From: Armatimonadota bacterium
GTDB lineage: Bacteria; Sysuimicrobiota; Sysuimicrobiia; Sysuimicrobiales; Kaftiobacteriaceae
Length of the DNA: 42,435 bases
Assembly: GCA_016193565.1 (NCBI GenBank)
Contig: JACPRY010000002.1
Location: forward strand, 1-42,435
Reading direction: 5' to 3'
The position numbers and the translations under genes were made by a program. Below the pieces are notes generated by a model that worked only from the letters and a program-made list of their open reading frames with translations, was not told the DNA's origin and did not search any database. Below, in pieces: positions 17,869 to 26,751 of the stretch; the first letter of the stretch is position 1; every line of letters begins with the position of its first letter.

Positions 17869-18281
17869 TACGCGTTCACGCCTCGGGGTTTCACGTGTTC
17901 CCTCACCCAGCGGACGATGTACTCCAGTGAAGCCCCGGGGGTGAAGATCTCGCTCACCCCCGCGCCCTTCAACCCTAGCACGTCGTCTTCAGGAATAATC
18001 CCCCCGCCGAAGACGACGATATCGTCTGCCCCGTTGGCCCGAAGGAGCTCCATGACACGCGGCAACAGCGTCATGTGCGCGCCGGAGAGGATCGAGAGTC
18101 CGATCGCGTCCGCGTCCTCCTGGATCGCCGCGTTCACGATCATCTCGGGGGTCTGGTGCAGCCCGGTGTAGATCACCTCGAACCCCGCGTCCCGCAGAGC
18201 GCGCGCCACGACCTTCGCCCCGCGGTCGTGGCCATCCAACCCGGGCTTGGCGACGATGATTCTGATCTTAGAGTTGGCCAT
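17868..18281 (-). CDS. icmB: Acyl-CoA mutase small (cobalamin-binding) subunit
   Basis: [10 protein letters not shown] (DxHxxG), SILSGAH, GGIIP; adjacent to the large subunit. Confidence 0.85.
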   Translation of the reverse strand: MANSKIRIIVAKPGLDGHDRGAKVVARALRDAGFEVIYTGLHQTPEMIVNAAIQEDADAIGLSILSGAHMTLLPRVMELLRANGADDIVVFGGGIIPEDDVLGLKGAGVSEIFTPGASLEYIVRWVREHVKPRGVNA

Positions 18282-18297
18282 CGGAATGATCTTACTA

Positions 18298-18339
18298 CCG
18301 TTTTCTCGTTTCCTCGATTCCTCGTTTCCTCGATTCCGC
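18298..18339. repeat. Orphan octamer arm, GGAAACNN family
   Basis: CCGTTTTC TCGTTTCC TCGATTCC TCGTTTCC TCGATTCC GC, just after the mutase stop; matches the right arm at 11907-11940. Confidence 0.85.
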
Positions 18340-18341
18340 CT

Positions 18342-20027
18342 CTAGATTATCGCGGGTTCCCGATACTCCCCGTAGACCGCCCTGAACACATCGCAGATTT
18401 CGCCCAACGTGCACCCGGCCTTCACGCATTCGAGGACGTGATACATGGTGTTGCCGCCGCCGTCGGCCGCCGATTTCAAACCGCCCAGGGCTCGCCCTGC
18501 GCGGACGCTCTCCCGCTGCGCGCGCACCCGGCTCACCCGCTCGATCTGGCGGCGCTCCACCTCAGGATCGACGCGGAGAAGGGGAATCCGCCGTTCCTCG
18601 GGCACGAGGAACTCATTGACCCCGACAATGATCTGCTCTTTTCGCTCCAGTTGCTGCTGGTAGTGATAGCTGGCTTCGGCGATCTCCCGCTGCGGGTAGC
18701 CGAGCTCGACCGCCCGCACCATCCCGCCGAGATCGTCGATCTTCTGGATATACGCCTCGGCGCGCTCCTCCATAGTGTTGGTCAGCGACTCCACGAAGTA
18801 CGCGCCGCCCAGCGGGTCCGCGGTGTTCGTCAACCCGCTCTCATGGGCGATAATCTGCTGGGTACGGAGCGCCACCATGACGGCTTGCTCCGTCGGGAGG
18901 GCATACGTCTCGTCCATGGAGTTGGTATGCAGCGACTGGGTGCCACCGAGCACCGCCGCGAGTGCCTGGACTGCCACACGGACGATATTGTTGAGCGGCT
19001 GCTGTGCCGTGAGCGACACGCCGGCAGTCTGGGTGTGGAAGCGCAGCCACCACGAGCGCGGGTTCTGAGCCGCAAAGCGCTCTCGCATGATCCGGGCCCA
19101 CAGGCGGCGGGCGGCGCGGAACTTGGCGATCTCCTCGAAGAAGTCGTTGTGGCAATCGAAGAAAAATGACAGGCGCGGCGCGAACTCGTCGACATCGAGT
19201 CCCGCCTCCGTTCCGGCCTGGACGTATGCGATCCCGTCAGCGAGTGTGAACGCGAGCTCCTGGACCGCCGTCGCCCCGGCCTCGCGGATGTGGTATCCGC
19301 TGATGCTGATGACGTTCCACTTGGGCAGCTCGCGCGTGCCGAAGACCAGCATGTCCTGGATCAGCTTCATGCTCGGCCGCGGCGGCACGATCCATTCCTT
19401 CTGGGCAATGAACTCCTTGAGCATATCCGTCTGGGTCGTGCCGCCGATCTGCGTCCGGGCGAAGCCCATCGACTCGGCCGCCGCGACATACATCGCCAGG
19501 AGCACGTTCGCCGGCGCATTGATCGTCATCGAGGTCGTGATACGGTCCAGCGGCAGGCCGCGAAGGAGGATGGCCATGTCCTCGGCTGTGTCGATCGCGA
19601 CGCCCTCGCGGCCGACCTCGCCGAGCGCGCGCGGGTGGTCGGAATCGTAGCCCATCAGCGTGGGCATGTCGAACGCGACCGACAGTCCCGTTTGCCCATG
19701 CTCCAGGAGGTAGTGAAAGCGGCGGTTGGTGTCCTCGGCGGACCCGAACCCGGCGAACTGGCGCATCGTCCACAAGCGGCCGCGATACATCGTCGGATGG
19801 ACCCCGCGGGTATATGGGTACTCTCCCGGGACGCCAAGCTCACGCTGGGGATCGAAATCCTTCAGGTCCTCTGGACCATAAACCCGATCGATCGGCAGAT
19901 CTGAGAGTGAGGAGAATCGCTCCACGCGCTCGGGCTGGCTCTTCAAGGATTGCTTGAGCGTCGTGGCCTCCCAGCGCTGCCTTTCGCGGCGGAGGTGCTC
20001 GAGTTTCTTGGGGTCGATCAAATTCAT
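18342..20027 (-). CDS. icmA: B12-dependent acyl-CoA mutase large subunit, isobutyryl-CoA mutase type
   Basis: [50 protein letters not shown]. Confidence 0.85.
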   Translation of the reverse strand: MNLIDPKKLEHLRRERQRWEATTLKQSLKSQPERVERFSSLSDLPIDRVYGPEDLKDFDPQRELGVPGEYPYTRGVHPTMYRGRLWTMRQFAGFGSAEDTNRRFHYLLEHGQTGLSVAFDMPTLMGYDSDHPRALGEVGREGVAIDTAEDMAILLRGLPLDRITTSMTINAPANVLLAMYVAAAESMGFARTQIGGTTQTDMLKEFIAQKEWIVPPRPSMKLIQDMLVFGTRELPKWNVISISGYHIREAGATAVQELAFTLADGIAYVQAGTEAGLDVDEFAPRLSFFFDCHNDFFEEIAKFRAARRLWARIMRERFAAQNPRSWWLRFHTQTAGVSLTAQQPLNNIVRVAVQALAAVLGGTQSLHTNSMDETYALPTEQAVMVALRTQQIIAHESGLTNTADPLGGAYFVESLTNTMEERAEAYIQKIDDLGGMVRAVELGYPQREIAEASYHYQQQLERKEQIIVGVNEFLVPEERRIPLLRVDPEVERRQIERVSRVRAQRESVRAGRALGGLKSAADGGGNTMYHVLECVKAGCTLGEICDVFRAVYGEYREPAII

Positions 20028-20036
20028 CAACTCCTC

Positions 20037-20114
20037 AGGGCTTGGGGCTTAGGGCTTTGGGCTTAGAATTCCTCATCCTCATTATTAAGCCCTAAGCCCG
20101 ATGCCCTAAGCCCT
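20037..20114. repeat. Inverted heptamer-array element, GGGCTTA family, copy 1
   Basis: (NGGGCTT)x4 at 20037-20064, 21-nt spacer, TAAGCCC TAAGCCC GATGCCC TAAGCCC; contains the etfA stop. Confidence 0.92.
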
Positions 20115-21098
20115 TCCTTTCGCCTGGCGTATCGCTTCCGTCAGTTTGGGCACGATCTCGAACAGGTCGCCGACGATGCCGAGGTCGGCGAGTTGAAAGA
20201 TCGGTGCGTTGGAGTCCTTATTGATAGCCACAATGTATTTCGCGCCCGACATCCCGGCGAGGTGCTGCGGTGCGCCGGAGATGCCGCATGCGAGGTAGAC
20301 CTGCGGGCTCACGGTCTTTCCGGTCTGCCCGATCTCATAGTCGTGGCTCACCCAGCCTGAGTCCACCGGCGGTCGCGATGATCCGACCGCCGCCCCCAGC
20401 GCCTTCGCCAGCGCGTCAAGGAGAGCGAAGTTCTCAGGTCCCTTCAGGCCCCGACCACCGGAGACGATCACGTCGGCTTCGGTCAGCGGCACCGTCTCGC
20501 GCTGGATGGCACGCACCTCGCGGACCTGTGTCCGTACCCCCTTGCTGTCGAGCGCGACCTGGAACGCTCTGATCTCTGCGCGGCGCCCGGCCTCAGCCGG
20601 TGGCACGGAATACACGGCCGGGAGCACCACGGCAATCCGGATCCCCCCGCTCGAAAACACCACCGTGCCGATCGTCTTTCGCGTGTACATCGGCCGAGTC
20701 GCCACCAGATGACCGTCCGCGACCTCCAGGCTCGCGCAGTCGGTCACGATCCCAGCGCCGAGCCTGGCCGCGACCCGGGGCGCGTAATCCCGGCCCTGTG
20801 CTGTGGACCCGACGAGCACGAGGGTGGGCTGCTCTGCTTGGAGCGCCTGACTGACAGCCTGCGCGTACGCATCTGCGGTGTACGGCTGCAGGAGCGCATG
20901 ATCCGCCGCATAGACAATGTCCGCTCCCCGGGAACCAAGTGACTCAGCGACGTTCGACACACCGGCGCCTGGCACGAACGCCACGACCGTTCCGCCAAGT
21001 GTCTCGGCCAGTTCCCGGGCGCGGCCAAGCAGCTCAAGGCTGATTTTTTTTGGCGCGCCGTCCTGATGCTCGATGATGACCCACACGTCCTTCGACAT
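20106..21098 (-). CDS. etfA: Electron transfer flavoprotein alpha subunit
   Basis: [39 protein letters not shown]. Confidence 0.95.
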   Translation of the reverse strand: MSKDVWVIIEHQDGAPKKISLELLGRARELAETLGGTVVAFVPGAGVSNVAESLGSRGADIVYAADHALLQPYTADAYAQAVSQALQAEQPTLVLVGSTAQGRDYAPRVAARLGAGIVTDCASLEVADGHLVATRPMYTRKTIGTVVFSSGGIRIAVVLPAVYSVPPAEAGRRAEIRAFQVALDSKGVRTQVREVRAIQRETVPLTEADVIVSGGRGLKGPENFALLDALAKALGAAVGSSRPPVDSGWVSHDYEIGQTGKTVSPQVYLACGISGAPQHLAGMSGAKYIVAINKDSNAPIFQLADLGIVGDLFEIVPKLTEAIRQAKGRA

Positions 21099-21100
21099 CG

Positions 21101-21892
21101 CTACAGAACTTTCGCTTCGTTCTTGAGGAACGCGACAATCTCGGCCACGGCTTTCTCGGCATCCTCTTCAATCATCCGGCCGGCCTGGCGCTTGGGCGGG
21201 GGCACGAGCCGCGTCAAGGCGCTCTTCGCCGCAGTTGCACCGACGGAGGGGACCTCGACGCCGAGATCGGCGAGGCTCATCGTCTTGATCTCCTTGCGCT
21301 TGGCCTTCATGATGCCCGGGAGCGACGGGTAGCGCGGCTCATTGAGGCTGCGCTCAACCGTCAGGAGCGCCGGCAGCGGGACCTCCAGCACTTCCACCCC
21401 ACCCTCGACCTCACGATGAACAACCACGGTCCCCCCCGACGTGTCAACCTCCAGCTGGGCAATCGCCGTCGCCTGCGGCAGGCCGAGCAGTTCGGCCAGC
21501 GCCGGTCCCACGATCGCGGCGTTGTCGTCCGTGCTGAGTTTCCCGCAGATGATAAGGTCGTGCGGCAAGGTCTTGATCGCCGCCGCCAGCACACGCGCCG
21601 TCCCGAGATGATCGCTACCCAGGAGCGCCACGTCGCTGACGAGGATCGCCTCGTCCGCCCCCATCGCCAGTCCGGTGCGTAATGCCTCCTTGGTGCGCTC
21701 GGGGCCGACGCCGATCAAGGTGACCGAACCGCCGAACTGCTCCTTAAGGCGCAGTCCGGCCTCAGTCGCATGCTCGTCATAGTAGTTCATGACGAGGTTG
21801 AGGCCCGATTCATCAATACCGCTCCCGTCAGGCCGAATGCGAATCGGGGCCTCCGTGTCGGGAACCTGTTTGACACAGACGACGATGTTCAC
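21101..21892 (-). CDS. etfB: Electron transfer flavoprotein beta subunit
   Basis: IVVCVKQVPD, LAMGAD, NEPRYPSL.GIMKAK. Confidence 0.95.
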   Translation of the reverse strand: MNIVVCVKQVPDTEAPIRIRPDGSGIDESGLNLVMNYYDEHATEAGLRLKEQFGGSVTLIGVGPERTKEALRTGLAMGADEAILVSDVALLGSDHLGTARVLAAAIKTLPHDLIICGKLSTDDNAAIVGPALAELLGLPQATAIAQLEVDTSGGTVVVHREVEGGVEVLEVPLPALLTVERSLNEPRYPSLPGIMKAKRKEIKTMSLADLGVEVPSVGATAAKSALTRLVPPPKRQAGRMIEEDAEKAVAEIVAFLKNEAKVL

Positions 21893-21905
21893 CCTACAAC
21901 ACCTC

Positions 21906-21979
21906 GTGAATAGTGAATGGTGAATGGTGAATCACTACATCCGGTTCTTGCCATTCACCATTCACAATTCACCATTCAC
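21906..21979. repeat. Inverted heptamer-array element, GTGAATG family, copy 2
   Basis: (GTGAATN)x4 at 21906-21933, 18-nt spacer, (MATTCAC)x4 at 21952-21979; contains the dehydrogenase stop; abuts the etfB SD. Confidence 0.92.
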
Positions 21980-23124
21980 TGCCTTGTTTTCAAAATGTTC
22001 CTCGCGATTACGAGTCGCTGTATCTCCGATGTCCCCTCATAGATCTCGGTGATCTTTGCATCGCGGAAATAGCGTTCCACAGCGTAGTCCTGGAGGTATC
22101 CGTACCCGCCGTGGATCTGCACCGCTTTGTGCGTCGTCCACATCGCGGTCTCAGAGGCGAACAGCTTCGCCATCGATGCTTCCTTTGTAAAGCGTTGTCC
22201 CTGCTGCCGGACGTAGGCGGCCCGGTACATGAGCAGCCGGGCGGCCTCGATCCGGGTCGCCATATCGGCTAGCATCCACTGAATCGCTTGAAACTCCCCG
22301 ATCGGCCGGCCGAACTGGAGGCGCTCGGTGGCGTAGGCGACTGAATCCTCCAGGGCCGCCCGGGCGATGCCGATGGCCTGTCCAGCGATGCCAAGGCGCC
22401 CGCCGTCGAGCGTGGACAGCGCGATCTTGCCGCCGATCCCTGGTTCCCCAAGCAGGTTGTCTTCCGGGACACGGCAGTCGTCGAGGAGAATCTCGGACGT
22501 CGACGAACACTTGATCCCGAGTTTCTTCTCCACCTTTCCAACGGCAATACCCGGAAACGATTTCTCAACGATGAACGCGGAGATCCCCCTCGCACCGGCG
22601 TCGGGTCCGGTGCGAGCGTACACGATGCAGACGTCGGCCTCGACGCCGTTCGTGACGAAGACCTTGGTCCCCCTCAACACCCACTCGTCCCCCGAGCGCC
22701 TGGCAGACGTGGACAGCGACATCGCATCGGAGCCCGAGGAGGGCTCGGTCAGACAGTAGCACCCCAGACGTATTCCGTTGCATAAGCCGGGAAGATAGTT
22801 CCGCTTCTGTGCCTCAGTGCCGTAGCGGGCGATCGGGTCAGCAACCAACGAGTTGTTGACGGTGATGATCGTCTGCACGCCGGCCGAGGCGCGCGCCAGT
22901 TCTTCCTGAGCCACGACATAGGAGATGGCGTCCATTCCGGTCCCGCCGTATGACTCGGGAACCAGCATGCCCATGAGGCCGAGGCCGGCCGCTTTCTTGA
23001 GAATCTCCTGGGGGAATGTACCGGAATGGTCCAGCTGCGCGGCGGCCGGCAAGATCTCCCGGGACGCGAACTCCCGCACCATCGATTGGACCATGCGGTG
23101 TTCTTCTGTCAGTCGAAAATCCAT
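21976..23124 (-). CDS. Short/branched-chain acyl-CoA dehydrogenase (Bcd-like)
   Basis: LTEPSSGSD, GTKVFVTNG, R.QFG, QIHGGYGY, IYEGTSEIQR. Confidence 0.94.
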   Translation of the reverse strand: MDFRLTEEHRMVQSMVREFASREILPAAAQLDHSGTFPQEILKKAAGLGLMGMLVPESYGGTGMDAISYVVAQEELARASAGVQTIITVNNSLVADPIARYGTEAQKRNYLPGLCNGIRLGCYCLTEPSSGSDAMSLSTSARRSGDEWVLRGTKVFVTNGVEADVCIVYARTGPDAGARGISAFIVEKSFPGIAVGKVEKKLGIKCSSTSEILLDDCRVPEDNLLGEPGIGGKIALSTLDGGRLGIAGQAIGIARAALEDSVAYATERLQFGRPIGEFQAIQWMLADMATRIEAARLLMYRAAYVRQQGQRFTKEASMAKLFASETAMWTTHKAVQIHGGYGYLQDYAVERYFRDAKITEIYEGTSEIQRLVIARNILKTRQ

Positions 23125-23215
23125 CCGCCATGCGAAAATTCTGCACTCGGGAAGGAGTCACCTCTGGACCGGTCAAATCACCACACGCCACGCCTTTTCT
23201 TCCGGGAGTTTACTC

Positions 23216-24364
23216 ATGAGCGAGGGTGTCGCCATCGTGGGCGTCGGCGCTGCTGTCCCACGCCCGCTGTCGCGTGATGTGTCGTACCGGGAGATGATCT
23301 TCGACGCCGCGACGCGGGCCCACACGGACGCGGGCGTCACGCACCACGAGATCGACAGCGTTGTCAGTGTCTGTGAGGACCTCCACGAAGGCACCAGCAT
23401 TACCGACGAGTACGTCCCCGACCAGCTCGGCGCAGTCCTGAAGCCGGTCCAGACGATCGCCGGTGATGGCGTGCAGGGCGTGGCCACGGGGTTCATGCTG
23501 ATCCGCACCGGCATCGCGGACCTGGTGGTGATCGAATCGCACTGCAAGTCATCGAACATCCTTCGCCACGGCGACGTGCTGGAGATGGCATTGGACCCGG
23601 TCTACGACCGGCCGCTGCGGGCGAACCCGCACTACATCGCGGGGATGGAGATGCGCCGCTACCTTCACGAGAGCGGCACCACGGAGGAAGCCGTCGCCGC
23701 CGTCGTCAGCAAGAACCGAGCTCACGCCCTGGACAACCCCGTGGCCCCGTTCGGTGCACGCATCCACACCGATGACGTGCTGGCCTCGTCTCCGCTGTGC
23801 GAACCGCTGCGTGTCCTGGAGATGAGCCCGTACGCCGATGGTGCGGTGGTGTTCGTACTGGCCTCGGAAGAGCGGGCACGGCGCTGTCCAAGGCCCGTCT
23901 GGATCCGCGGCATCGGCTGGATCTCCGACAGCCCGTGGCTTGCGATGCGCGAGTGGGCGGACGCCGTGTACGCATCGCTTTCGGCTCAGATGGCATATCA
24001 GATGGCAGGGATCGCCTCGCCCGCCGAGGAGATCGGGTTCGCCGAGGTCGACGATACGTATGCGTACAAGGAACTGCAACACCTGGAGGCCGCGCAGCTC
24101 GCACCGCGGGGTCGCGCGGGCGTGATGACGTTGGCGGGAGAAACCCGGCGCGATGGCCGCCTTCCCGTGAACTGCTCGGGCGGCAGCCTGGGGATGGGCT
24201 ACTGCTTTGACGCTTCCGCGCTGTACAGGATCGCTGAGGCTGCACGCCAGATTCGGGGCGAGTCTGGCCGCGCGCAGGTCGCGCACGCCACGACGGGGCT
24301 CGTGATCTCCTGGCGAGGCGTTCCGACGCAGAGCGGCGGCGCGGTTGTGCTCAATGCAGACTAA
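23216..24364 (+). CDS. Non-canonical (SCP2-type) thiolase-fold protein A
   Basis: Thiolase fold (A.DNP.A, DGA...VLAS, LPVN.SGG); no CxS nucleophile and no GHP. Confidence 0.85.
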   Translation: MSEGVAIVGVGAAVPRPLSRDVSYREMIFDAATRAHTDAGVTHHEIDSVVSVCEDLHEGTSITDEYVPDQLGAVLKPVQTIAGDGVQGVATGFMLIRTGIADLVVIESHCKSSNILRHGDVLEMALDPVYDRPLRANPHYIAGMEMRRYLHESGTTEEAVAAVVSKNRAHALDNPVAPFGARIHTDDVLASSPLCEPLRVLEMSPYADGAVVFVLASEERARRCPRPVWIRGIGWISDSPWLAMREWADAVYASLSAQMAYQMAGIASPAEEIGFAEVDDTYAYKELQHLEAAQLAPRGRAGVMTLAGETRRDGRLPVNCSGGSLGMGYCFDASALYRIAEAARQIRGESGRAQVAHATTGLVISWRGVPTQSGGAVVLNAD

Positions 24365-24368
24365 GTGA

Positions 24369-24444
24369 AGGGCTTAGGGCTTCGGGCTAAGGGCTAGACA
24401 ACTTCAAAGGGATACTAAGCCCCAAGCCCTAAGCCCAAAGCCCC
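24369..24444. repeat. Inverted heptamer-array element, GGGCTTA family, copy 2
   Basis: AGGGCTT AGGGCTT CGGGCTA AGGGCTA, 19-nt spacer, (NAAGCCC)x4. Confidence 0.92.
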
Positions 24445-24460
24445 AACAGTGGAGGACAGA

Positions 24461-25636
24461 TTGAAGCGAAAACCTCGAAGAAAGGTTGCGGTCATCGGGG
24501 CCGGGTTGAGTTTATTCATGCGCCGGGCACTCGAAACCGGCAAGGAACTCTCCTACTATGCCGCGTCACAGGCATTGGAAACCGCGGGCGTCCGGTTGAA
24601 AGACATCCAGGCCGTGGTGATGGCCACCGCGCCCGATGCCTTCGACGGCGTCCACATGAAGGGCGACTGGCTGCTGGACGGCGCCGGCGGCGTGCGCAAA
24701 CCCTACACGCGCGCCTATGTTGGCGGTGGCTCGGGCGTCTTCAGCATCATCAGCGGGTGGACGCTCGTGGCCTCGGGTCTGTTCGATCTCGTGCTCGTGG
24801 TCGGCGAAGAGAAGATGAGCAGCTGCCAGCCGCACCCGCAGGGCGCGTTCCTCACGATTTTCGATCACACGATCGAGCGGCCGCTCGGTCCCAACCTGCT
24901 CTGGATCTTCTCACTGGAGCAGCACCGCTATATGTCCTCCTACGGGATCCGCAACGAAGATATCGCGCTCGTCTCGGTGAAGAACAAACGCAACGCCCTC
25001 AACCATCCCGCCGCGCAAGTGGCCGCCAACCTGAGCGTCAAGGACGTGCTGGCCAGTGATGTCGTCGCATGGCCGGTGCACCGCCTCATGGTCAGCCCGG
25101 TCAGCGATGGCGCGGCCGCGATCGTCCTGGCCGCCGAGCACGTCGCCCGCCGGCTCAGCGAGAAGCCTGTGTGGGTGCAGGGTGTGGGCTGGTCGCTCGA
25201 CACGTCGTACTGGGGCAACCGCGACCTCGCCTATCCGCGGTACGTCGAGCGCGCAGCGCGCATGGCCTACGGGATGGCCGGAATCTCAGAGCCCCGCAAG
25301 GAGATCCACATCGCAGAGCCGTACGACCCGTTCGCGTACAAGGAACTGCATCACCTCGAGGGGCTGTTGCTCGCTGACCGCGGCAAGGCACCCGACGACC
25401 TCGCGCGTGGCCGGTTTGACCGAACGGGGGAACTCCCCACCTGCCCATCCGGCGGGCTGATGGGCGTCGGCAATCCGATCGCCGCGGCCGGCGTGATGAA
25501 GGTGTGCGAGCTGTTCTGGCAGTTGCGCGGTGAAGCCGGCGCCCGCCAAATTCCCGGCAATCCCGAGCGCGGCGTGGCGCAGGCCTGGGGAGACCTCATG
25601 CAGATCGGTACCGTCGCCGTCCTGGGAGTGCACTGA
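24461..25636 (+). CDS. Non-canonical (SCP2-type) thiolase-fold protein B
   Basis: APDAFDG, GEEKMS, SPVSDGAAA, EPYDPF, GNPIAA; TTG start after GGAGG (alternative GTG 24449). Confidence 0.87.
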   Translation: MKRKPRRKVAVIGAGLSLFMRRALETGKELSYYAASQALETAGVRLKDIQAVVMATAPDAFDGVHMKGDWLLDGAGGVRKPYTRAYVGGGSGVFSIISGWTLVASGLFDLVLVVGEEKMSSCQPHPQGAFLTIFDHTIERPLGPNLLWIFSLEQHRYMSSYGIRNEDIALVSVKNKRNALNHPAAQVAANLSVKDVLASDVVAWPVHRLMVSPVSDGAAAIVLAAEHVARRLSEKPVWVQGVGWSLDTSYWGNRDLAYPRYVERAARMAYGMAGISEPRKEIHIAEPYDPFAYKELHHLEGLLLADRGKAPDDLARGRFDRTGELPTCPSGGLMGVGNPIAAAGVMKVCELFWQLRGEAGARQIPGNPERGVAQAWGDLMQIGTVAVLGVH

Positions 25637-26211
25637 TGGCCAAACCTGCCCGCGCAGTGCGGAAGATGGACGCCCCACCCTGGTTGGCGCTTCGAGGGTC
25701 CCCGCTGAGCGATGACGAGTTCCACGGCAAGGTCTCAACGACGTCCTGGATTCCCAGGTTGGAGTACGGCTGGGACGCCGGCATCGCGATCAGCAGGTTC
25801 CTGGAGGGCCTAAAGGCGGGCAAGATCCTCGGGGTCCGCTGCCGCGTCTGCGGACGCACGGTGACGCCGCCTCGGGCATTCTGCGAGCTGGATTTCAGAC
25901 CAATGGACGACTGGGTCGAACTCGCCGACACTGCCACGATCAACACCTACTCAATCTGCTATGTCACCTGGGATTTGAAGCCGCTGCGCAAGCCTCAGAT
26001 TCCTGCGGTCGTTGAGATCGACGGCACCACGCCGCGGGTCGGCTTCCTTCATCTGATCGGCGGCGTCAACGGTTCTTCGGTCGAGGCGATCCGAAAGCAA
26101 CTCCGCGTGGGGATGCCCGTCCGGGCAGTTTGGAAGAAACCTCATCAACGCGCAGGCGCGATCACGGACATTCTGTATTTCGAGCCGGTGAAGAGACACC
26201 CAGAACGATGA
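25636..26211 (+). CDS. Zn-ribbon/OB-fold DUF35 (ChsH2-like) protein
   Basis: CRVC...PPRAFC, G.PV.AVW, G.ITDI.YF.P; 1-nt overlap with the upstream stop. Confidence 0.9.
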   Translation: MAKPARAVRKMDAPPWLALRGSPLSDDEFHGKVSTTSWIPRLEYGWDAGIAISRFLEGLKAGKILGVRCRVCGRTVTPPRAFCELDFRPMDDWVELADTATINTYSICYVTWDLKPLRKPQIPAVVEIDGTTPRVGFLHLIGGVNGSSVEAIRKQLRVGMPVRAVWKKPHQRAGAITDILYFEPVKRHPER

Positions 26212-26747
26212 GGCGACAACGGGACAACGCGACAACGCGATCAATAGCCGTTGGCGGGCTGGCCCGCGTGGAGCCCCGCGTCTGGAGAGGGGCGATGCCG
26301 GTGCAGTTTCTCTACACCGCAGGCGCGGCGGGGGAGCGGTTCTTTCAGACGCTCAAGCGCAAGGGCATCTTTACTGCCACGCACTGCGAAGAGTGCCGGC
26401 TCACCTATCTACCGCCGCGTCTCTACTGCGAACGGTGCTTTGCGGATCTCTCAGACACCTGGCGGGACGTAACACCGGTCGGGCGTGTATACACATTCAC
26501 GATCGTGCATGTTGATCGGGAAGGTGGTCCCCTTTCCTCTCCCGAGCTCGTTGCCTTTGTCCGAATTGATGGGACCGACGGCGGTCTTGTGACCAGGCTC
26601 CTGGAGATCGCTCCAGAAGACGTTCGCATCGACATGTCCGTGGAGATCACGCTCGCTCCGCCGCGCAAGCGGCGCGGTACGCTCGAGGACATTCTCGGCT
26701 TTCGGCCCGCAAGATCCGTTGCGAAGCGTCCATTCACTCGGAGGTGA
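26208..26747 (+). CDS. Second Zn-ribbon/OB-fold DUF35 protein
   Basis: CEEC...PPRLYCERC, GRVYTFT; ATGA-coupled start assumed. Confidence 0.88.
   Translation: MRRQRDNATTRSIAVGGLARVEPRVWRGAMPVQFLYTAGAAGERFFQTLKRKGIFTATHCEECRLTYLPPRLYCERCFADLSDTWRDVTPVGRVYTFTIVHVDREGGPLSSPELVAFVRIDGTDGGLVTRLLEIAPEDVRIDMSVEITLAPPRKRRGTLEDILGFRPARSVAKRPFTRR
26213..26240. repeat. Orphan octamer array (GCGACAAC x3.5)
   Basis: GCGACAAC GGGACAAC GCGACAAC GCGA, 1 nt after the TGA at 26209-26211. Confidence 0.7.
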
Positions 26748-26751
26748 GGAA

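Noticed and set aside
23165-23176. TGGACCGGTCAA near-palindrome as an operator between divergent acyl-CoA operons
   Set aside because: Single short site, no second copy noticed and no regulator in the window; not supportable.
5600-24444. Repeat elements as CRISPR arrays
   Set aside because: Units are 7-8 nt, tandem and inverted, with one spacer each; no direct repeat-spacer periodicity and no cas genes.
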